From Chrysomallon squamiferum (Eukaryota; Animalia; Mollusca), in the NCBI GenBank assembly GCA_012295275.1, contig CM022670.1, positions 37,882,001-37,946,000 of the forward strand: a stretch of 64,000 bases of DNA. The letters are read 5' to 3'. Every line of letters begins with the position of its first letter. Positions within the stretch are counted from its first letter, which is position 1. Both the position numbers and the translations under genes were made by a program. The notes under the pieces are model-generated. The model made no database searches, had not been told where the DNA came from, and saw only the letters and a list, made by a program, of their open reading frames with translations. This document shows positions 55,615 to 64,000 of the stretch, piece after piece.

Positions 55615-56143
55615 GGACGTCGGAGAGGTTATTGTGAAAAATTAATGATATTTCAACTTTAACGTCAGAGAACGTCTAAGAGACGTTAGTGTGAAAATTA
55701 ATCATAATTCAACTTTAACGTCATAGAACGTCTAAGTGTCGTTTATGTGAAAATTAACCGTAATTCAACTTTAACGTCAGAGAACGTCTAAGTGACGTTT
55801 ATGTGAAAATTAACCGTAATTCAACTTTAACGTCGGAGAACGTCTAAGTGACGTTAGTGTGAAAATTAACAACAATTCAACTTTAACGTCGGAGAACGTC
55901 TAAGTGACGTTAGTGTGAAAATTAATCATAATTCAACTTTAACGTCTAAGACGTTAAAAATTAACATCTTTAACGTCGGAGAACGTCTAGAAAGTGACGT
56001 TACGTTAAGTGACGTTAAAAAAATTAACAACAATTCAACTTTAACGTCAGAGAACGTCTAAGTGACGTTAGTGTGAAAATTAACAACAATTCAACTTTAA
56101 CGTCGGAGAACGTCTAAGAGACGTTAATGTGAAAATTTTAACG
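55615..56143. repeat. 56-bp minisatellite (~9 units), each unit with an internal TAACGTC/GACGTTA inverted repeat
   Basis: Consensus gtgtgaaaattaacaacaattcaactttaacgtcggagaacgtctaagtgacgtta; units around 55940-56020 are truncated or rearranged. Confidence 0.93.
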
Positions 56144-57634
56144 TGTGACCTTAAAATTTAGAATATAGAGCGAATCAGAAATTATTTGTAAAATTAAAAC
56201 CGTCGTGTGTCTTTTTCTTTCTTTTGTTTTTTCTTCATTTTGTTTTGTGACACAAATGAAAATAAATGGCTTCCCATCACGATACACTATTGATTTTAAG
56301 TATTAAAAATTTAAATTTGTTATTTATTGTATTGTTGATTAATACGTATAGTCATCTTGAAAACAACAACACACAAACGAACAAATTTAGTTTAGAATGT
56401 TAATCTTATTTAATATTCTTTTTTAATTTACGAAAAACAACAAAGCTGACCAAAAACCATTTTAAAATCTTGACATGTTAATTAGTATTTTTTCCGTTTA
56501 ACAAAAACAGCCATCAAGGAAATAAAAACACAATTATTATGACTCAGTTACTAAAGTTAAACGCACTTTTATATAACAGATAATAGATATTTACACAACC
56601 TTTTAACTCGCGTGCATTACACCTAGGTGCAAAAGCTAATGGAATTTTCTTCGTGCTTGAAAATTAACAAGCTATATTGGCTTCAGTACTAATCTGTAGC
56701 AGTAGCTTGCCTTTTACCAAATCGATAACCTGTCCATTTTACTGTGCTGTAAGCAAAGAATTAACCCGTCAAGGAAACACAAGTAGAAAGCTGAAGACGG
56801 TGATTTGTTTAAATTTTCAATGGTGTATAAGTAATTATAATTTCAGCCATTTTAAAAGAAAGTTAATATTTAAAAAAAACACGGAAATATGTAAAAAACA
56901 GACTGGCCTACAAAACACAACTTATATGAATATATAAATTGATGATATTAAAAAGAAATGTGTCCTTCAAATAAAATGCACAGTGAGAACAGTAAAATGC
57001 TGGCAATACTTTAGTGAGAACAACAATGATAACTATGATGATAATGACATGACTATGATGATAAAAATGATAATGATGTTGATGATCATCATGACGATAA
57101 TAAAACAGAATGTATATAGTTTATTAATATATATATGAAAGTAAATGTGTCTGTATGTGTATCTGTTCGCAAACAATTCTGACAAAAAGGTCTTAAACGG
57201 TGGCGGCATGATTTGGGATATTGGGACTATGATGGGACTATGATCACAACGTTGATCATCCATGTATGTAGACTAACATCTTTCGAAACAGGCAACGAGC
57301 TTGGAAATTTATCCGTGTTTGGTTAGATGTCGTCAATGAAGAACAAACAACCGTGGTCATCAGTAACATTTTTCCTTTTACCAAGGCTTAAATAAAATAA
57401 AATTTATATAGTTAAGTCTTAGAAATACTGGGTACCCAAGACAGTTCTGTTAGCACGTGGTACCGAAGAATGCCTTACGACAGATTATATAGTTTTATAT
57501 TTTAATATATATATATATATATATAAAAACGAATTTTAATGACAATTTAATAAAATAAAATATATATATATACACATCCCTACAAAGGATCAAGTTTTAA
57601 GCATGTAAAACATAACATAGCATGAAACGATTGG

Positions 57635-57695
57635 TATAATATAATATAATATAATATAATATAATATAATATAATATAATATAATATAATATAAT
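57635..57695. repeat. (TATAA)n pentanucleotide microsatellite
   Basis: Read directly from the sequence. Confidence 0.95.
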
Positions 57696-57933
57696 GCAGT
57701 ACAGTATAGCGTAGAAGTGTATGGTACAGAATAGTAAAGCACAAAAATGCACAATACAGCATTGAATGATGAATTACAGTTCAGTAGAATGCAGTTTAAA
57801 AAAAAAAAAAAATTAAAAAAAGGTTTTACAATCCGTTATTACAGATATCAGTTATTTCTAATGATATAAAAGGATATTAATCTGAAGACAATACAGCAGC
57901 ACAAAGCGCCATCAGATGCATTATAATTACTGA

Positions 57934-58282
57934 ACTCAACAAACCCATCCATCAGTTTGTCTAAACACAGTATTGTTTCAAGCACGTGCTAGTCGTTCTT
58001 TGCGTTCGGTTAATGCGTTTTCTCTGTTTATTTGACCAGACACGTGTCAGATGAAAACATCTGCTCGCGAAACAATAATGTTTTTGTAAATAAATTAGCT
58101 GTTAGCATCGTGTACTGACATTTCGTCAACAACAAAGATGGTGGATAACAACTTACCTCCGAAAAAAAAAAAAAAAATCATCTTGCTCTGTATGCAAGAC
58201 TGTGAAATCAAATGCACATCTGTTTTGCGAAACAATAATGTTTACGTAAATAAATTAGTGTTAGTGTCTATGCGCTGACAGT
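57934..58282 (-). repeat. Inverted copy (B') of the 48659-48952 repeat, followed by an older partial duplicate of its own interior
   Basis: 57950-58159 is the reverse complement of 48726-48934 with few mismatches; 58217-58282 repeats 58058-58142 in degenerate form. Confidence 0.9.
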
Positions 58283-58475
58283 TCGTAAACAACAAAGATG
58301 GTTAACATGTTATTTCTGATAGACACTTACTGTCCATGTAGAATTTTTAAAAACTATGTTACATTAACTACAAATTTCGAAAACAGAAGTGAAAGTTGAT
58401 GTCATTATTTTATCAGTTTAGTAATAAGTAAACGTCAAATGTGACGTAGTGAAGGCTCTAGCTAGTAAAATGTTA

Positions 58476-58524
<49 letters not shown>

Positions 58525-61500
58525 TAACGTTAGCAAGATTTTCGTATATTTTATGATCCAGTGAAATAACTTGATGATAAAAACGGCAGATTCCAGAATT
58601 AAAGCTTTTTTACAATATTACACTGTTTTTGAAAATATATAAGAAAAGCGAAATATCTGCTTTATGTTGACTGTATCAAAATTATATCGAATTATGAAGG
58701 ATGTTAACCTAATGATGAATCTAAATTTTGAGTTCAAGCAGAAGTAAGTCCAATATATAGTGTTACAAAAAAATGTTTCGAAGCGTTCAGAATTTTAATT
58801 CATCTGAGAAATTTGCAGCAGAAAATTTGTGAATAATGGATAAAGGCGATGAAGAAAATCAAATGAAATAAGTCAATAAAGCCCTCAACGGGACTTTCAC
58901 CGAGAAGAGTCAAAAACACAGAAACAGAAACAGAGATGCCAGTTTTACTTAAATTGAATTATCTCTTCGGAAATAATTTCCTTAACAAGTTACACGATCG
59001 GAATTGCAATAATTATATTAACATCTGAAATAATAAGGTAAAAAAAAAAAATATATAATAATAATAATAATAATAATTGGAAATTGGCGAGGTGAGACTT
59101 TATTAAATTTCAGCATCATCATCATCATGTTAAAAAAGCATCATTTACGTCTAATATGTCCACAAGCTTCATTTCAGATACCGCTGTCATAATGAGCTGA
59201 CAAGACGTGTAGCAGATCCAACCTCGAATACTGCGTTGGCGTCGGTATTCGTTTCAGTATTACTGTTTTTAAGCGCGAATAAAAACTTAGCTGTAGACAG
59301 TCAACTTTGTATACGTAAAGGCCAGATCTGGTGGCAACAGCGTTGTTTCGTTGTTTACCACCGCAAGCTGTTTATTGATCCTGCCGATCTGTTTTATGTG
59401 CTGTTTACGAGGCCGCTGACTTCGTCCTCTCGGTTAACAAAGAGTCAGAAGAAGACGCAGAAGACACAGGTGTCCCCCATCTCCGTTGCATCAATTAATC
59501 GACGTCTTTTAAAACTCTGCCGAACCTTCTATTTTATCGCTCTCGTGAAGCAATCAACGCGCGGGCTGCCTTCGACTTAAAGAGGGTTAATGCTGATTTT
59601 CTGCTGCAGTTCTTCATCGTCGAGCGTCTCCGAAGATTTCAGCACTCGCTCTTCCCGGCCGCCTTCAGAGATATCGATAACATCCAGCAATTGCGACAGA
59701 CCTGTCGACCACTCCGCGTGTCCCGTGGGTGCAAGATAAACATTAGTATTTTGCTAGCAGACTGATAAGCTTAGAGAGCAATTCACAAGCAGACTTGTTT
59801 ATTAAGGATTAACACGGAAGACGTTGGCAGCTTGACCTCTCGTCCCAGCTAGAAGTCGTTGTAATTCTGTTTCGCACTTCGAGCAGATAATGCAGAAAGC
59901 GAAGGATCTGTATTTTTTAAACACCAGAGCATTATTCTATATGGTTTTTTTTTTCTCTGTCGATTTTTTGAAGACTTATATATATATGGGTGCGTGTGTG
60001 TGTGTGTCTCAAAATCATGGAATAAAAAAATACAGATAACATATACACACACACACACACACACATACATAACACATACGTACCTACATCTACAAATATT
60101 CATAAATTCTTGTACATACATATCGTCATTAGACAATATACACACAGATGCGTTCGCACACATAATTAATACAAACAACATAACACAAAACCAAAAAAAT
60201 AACAATCACTGGCTTCGAGAATCCTGCATCTGTCCGGATGTATGGATCTCAAGAGATGTGACTGCTTCCTAAAACCTATTACTCTCCATATCTGTATCTG
60301 ATAACATAAACACTCTTCATCCAGCCAGTGTTTGCCGAACAAATGGAGTCTGTATTGTGTTTATAAATATCGGATGGATCAGGGACCGATGCAATGAAGT
60401 CAGTATATGCATTATTCAATAAAGGAGTGGTTTGATCTACTTTGCTATGAACCGTTGTTAAATAAAACAGTGCTCTAGTTCAACAGTGTGGCAAAAATAG
60501 CTTTCGAGTGATGAGGACGCTGAACAAAAACAATTGCTGTTGTTGGAAAAGCTAGTAATTATAATGGGAAGGGAAAAGACAGGGATTTTGAGTTTGAAGT
60601 GTATGACTTTTATTTATTTAACATGAAATTTTAAACGGAATGAAATTTAGATGGCAAATATACAATAAATAAGGTTAGCCATAAACATTAGATACATTTT
60701 TAAAACATATTGTATATTAAGGAAAATTTAAAAGAAGAAGATATTAAACAAATAATTAAGATAATTTAGATATACACAATTGTTTTTTTTTTTTTTCCTT
60801 AACATTTATCTTTAGATGTTAAGCATATTATAAAACACTTAAAGCAGAAAATGTAATTTAATTATATTCTTTTATTCATTAAGAAGTGAAAATTATAAAT
60901 TAAAATAAAACAGAGAATTTAAACTGAAATATTTCTTTCATACCTTAACTTATATCATTATACGTTAAACGAAAAAAAAAAAAAAAAAAAAAAAAAATGT
61001 ATCCTAATACATTTTTTATTTTATAATTCCTCAGATTCCTGAAATTAGACAAAATAGTCATTTTTCATTCATATATTTCTTTCTTTCTCTCTCTTTTTTT
61101 TTTTCTTTTTTTTTTTTTTTGAGCCATTCATATCTAAGCTTTTAAACTTAAAAATATAACGTAAAAGAGGACAAATCATACAACGTAATCAGATACACTT
61201 GTTGCGCATCCCGGGCTGTGATAATTAAATGTTAAACAGATCAGTGTTCTGATGCTACGACTCCTGCTGCTGTTTTTAACGATCACTCCCACATAAACCA
61301 GAAATTTCTAAATCGCGAAAAACTACAGAGACAAGAGACACACTGTGAAACAGAGCCGAAACAGAATACACCCCAGTGAGAACTCCCGCTGGCCAATCAA
61401 ATGAATACAATTATTTACTCCTTTATTTTTATTTTTTTATTTTTTTTTTCTGGTTTATTTATATTAAGTTTTTATCAAAATGTTTTACGAAGGAAAGGAT

Positions 61501-62326
61501 TTCGTTTTTTTTTTTTTGATTATAAAGAAAAACAAAATCGATGAGGCAATGTCATGCACTTTTGATTTGTGTTATCAGAACTGAAGTACGTCACAACGTT
61601 TTAACGGGATGTTGTGAATGTGGATAATACGTTAAGATAATATTGGTTTACACAGTGTTTTAAAAGTGATGGTTATTATGAAATTATCTCTGTTAATCAC
61701 TTATTATCAGATACTGATGTAACACAGTGCGTTATGCTGTATTGTTTGTTCATTGCATGTTGACATAATTATGATCAATATTCATCATTTTCGTTTTGTC
61801 GAATCAAATATGCATGGAGACCCCCATCCATCTATTTAGTGGTTCTGTCATTACTCATTCATTCACTTAAAAGACGTCACAAACTGATCTCTAAAAACGA
61901 TAATCCTCAAATCCATTAATATAGGATAGTTTATACCGTATTCTCATTTAAGATAGCACATGAAATATTAATCGTAAAATATAATTTTTAAAACCGTCAA
62001 AAACTCAGCGAGACAGACAGACAGACAGAGAGACACACATACAGACATACAGACACACATGTGCACAGACACGTTCATACATCAGACACAATTTCACATA
62101 CGTACTCAAATACCAAATACAAACATACACATTTACACACACAAACATACAAATATATACATATAAAAATACATACATGCATAAATACATAACATACATA
62201 CATAAAATGCATCCATCCATACATATATACATACACAGGCATACATACACACAGATACATCTAGGCACATACATACATAGATAAATACACGCATTCACAC
62301 ACACATACACACGTTCATTCATACAG

Positions 62327-62367
<41 letters not shown>

Positions 62368-63266
62368 ATCACATCAATAATAAGACAGAATAAAACTGCT
62401 AGAAATGTAGCAATTAGTTGAAAATAAATTTTCTCCTACACACAACTCCTCTGTCTTCTTCTTCTTCTTTTCTTTTCTTTAAATATTTTTTCACGCTGTA
62501 TGATTCGGAAAATGTCAGTTTCATTTGGACACTTTCGCACTCTTAATACCCTCGCATCCAATGTATGAGAGCTCACACAAACTCGTGCCACAAACAGCTT
62601 TCACCGGTCTTATTTTTCAGACGATTATCAAACTCGCCGGCATTTCCTTTAATATGGACACAAATAAGCTAACCTCGGAGAAACTGGATAGGCAGCCCCA
62701 TCGGTAACGTTACTCTGCTAATGTGTTACTGGATTTGATAGAAAAAAATTCTCTAATATTTCTCTTTATCGAATATTCGGCGAGCTGATTTAATATACCC
62801 GTGGATGATAGAGTGTGGATATATCACGCCGGTTTCCCAACGACGAAGTCTGATTTATCGTATATGTTGTATGTCCAATATCTTTGACGCGAAGAACTGA
62901 ATTCGTTCTAGTCTTGTTACAATAGATCGCGGTTCACATTTCCAGAAAACAAAATATCAGGTGCGGGGATATTGTTTTTCGATTATTATTGTTGTTTTTG
63001 TTGTTGTTGTTCTTCTTCTTGGTGTTATTTTCGTTGTTGTTGTTAATGTTGTTGTTGTTGTTATTTTTGTTGTTGTTGTTGTTGTTGTTATTATTATTAT
63101 TATGAAAATGCTAATTAAATATTCATCTTTGCAATAAGCTATAAAATTTTCAGTAAGTTTAAAACATGGCAGCGCACACACATTTTTAGGTGTTCTTTTC
63201 CACCAGAGCGTTAATAATAAAAAAGAAGAAATATATAAAATTAGTATTACAAGAAAATGAATTCCA

Positions 63267-63300
<34 letters not shown>

Positions 63301-64000
63301 GTTATCATAAATAAATACTTTAAGGAAGAAAAATATTACAAAAAGTATAAAATAAAGCATCAAATCTTCGCTTTGTTCAGTCATTTTTCTACCTGATTGA
63401 AAACAGTGAACATGTACGTTTGTTTCTTTGTTCGCAAAATTTTTTTTTTATGTCATATGTTAATGACGTGAACGACATGATTACCTCACAGATCGGAAAT
63501 AGATTAACACCTGCATTGCTGCAGCATTATTCGTTTCATTCAAGGTCAAGCACGTTACGTTATTAAATTAATAAATTATTCAAAATGGTGGATGCTGATG
63601 TGCTTACACGTCGCAGACACGGTGGACACCAACGTCACCGATGTTGCCAACACAGCCGTCAACACCGACATCATAATCCCAGTCACAGTCCCAACCAATG
63701 TCATATTCACCGCCGTACAATATATTTTTTTTAATCAGTATTTTTTGTGGGTTTTTTACGAATACTTAAACACACGTTTTTATTGTTGTATATTTTTTGG
63801 TTATTATGAATCCAAAGCCTACGGAGCTGGATATTTTAAGTTTGTATCAAATAAATAAATCTGAACACAATGTCATGATTACAGGAACATTATGTACTGA
63901 CATTCACACAAATACACAAAGAAGCCAGTAGTGCTTTCTGCCTGCATTTCTCCTTTTGTAACCTACTGGACATGTATAAGGACGCGAAATTTTGTATAAC

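Noticed and set aside
55615-56143. CRISPR-like appearance (regularly spaced palindromic repeats)
   Set aside because: There are no unique spacers, since the whole unit repeats. There are no cas genes and the context is eukaryotic. The same applies to the 31-bp and 65-bp arrays.
63610-63716. ORF 63592..63858 with T/V/D/N-rich periodic sequence
   Set aside because: It looks like a decayed (CAC/CGT/CAA)-type trinucleotide repeat, with no splice or homology support.

Overview
AT-rich, microsatellite-dense eukaryotic (animal) genomic DNA. It is probably a lophotrochozoan such as a mollusc, but that is inferred from the receptor sequence and repeat style only. (1) 1-4708 is the right end of a near-identical ~1.08-kb tandem array with one intact tRNA-Asp(GTC) per unit (4 genes visible). 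(2) 5-9 kb holds one intact tRNA-Ser(CGA) on the minus strand, two decayed tRNA-Ser copies spaced ~0.5 kb apart, and a possible tRNA-Val relic. (3) A multi-exon minus-strand gene encodes an orexin/allatotropin-receptor-like class A GPCR. Four exons (30116-30497, 24275-24398, 20845-20963, 18836-18919) splice in phase with GT-AG ends to give TM3 through helix 8, and a probable last exon lies at 14161-14384. The TM1-TM2 exons were not found, so 30.5-64 kb is probably one large intron. (4) The introns contain a Tc1/mariner-type MITE plus a solo arm of it, 31-, 56- and 65-bp minisatellites, two interleaved pairs of inverted repeats ~9 kb apart, local duplications and many simple repeats. Almost all other ORFs in the track are microsatellite artefacts. 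I see no CRISPR array and no unambiguous new system. The best leads are a candidate 34-nt exon next to a phased 7x AP-1 array, the interleaved inverted repeats, and the contrast between a homogenised and a decaying tRNA array.
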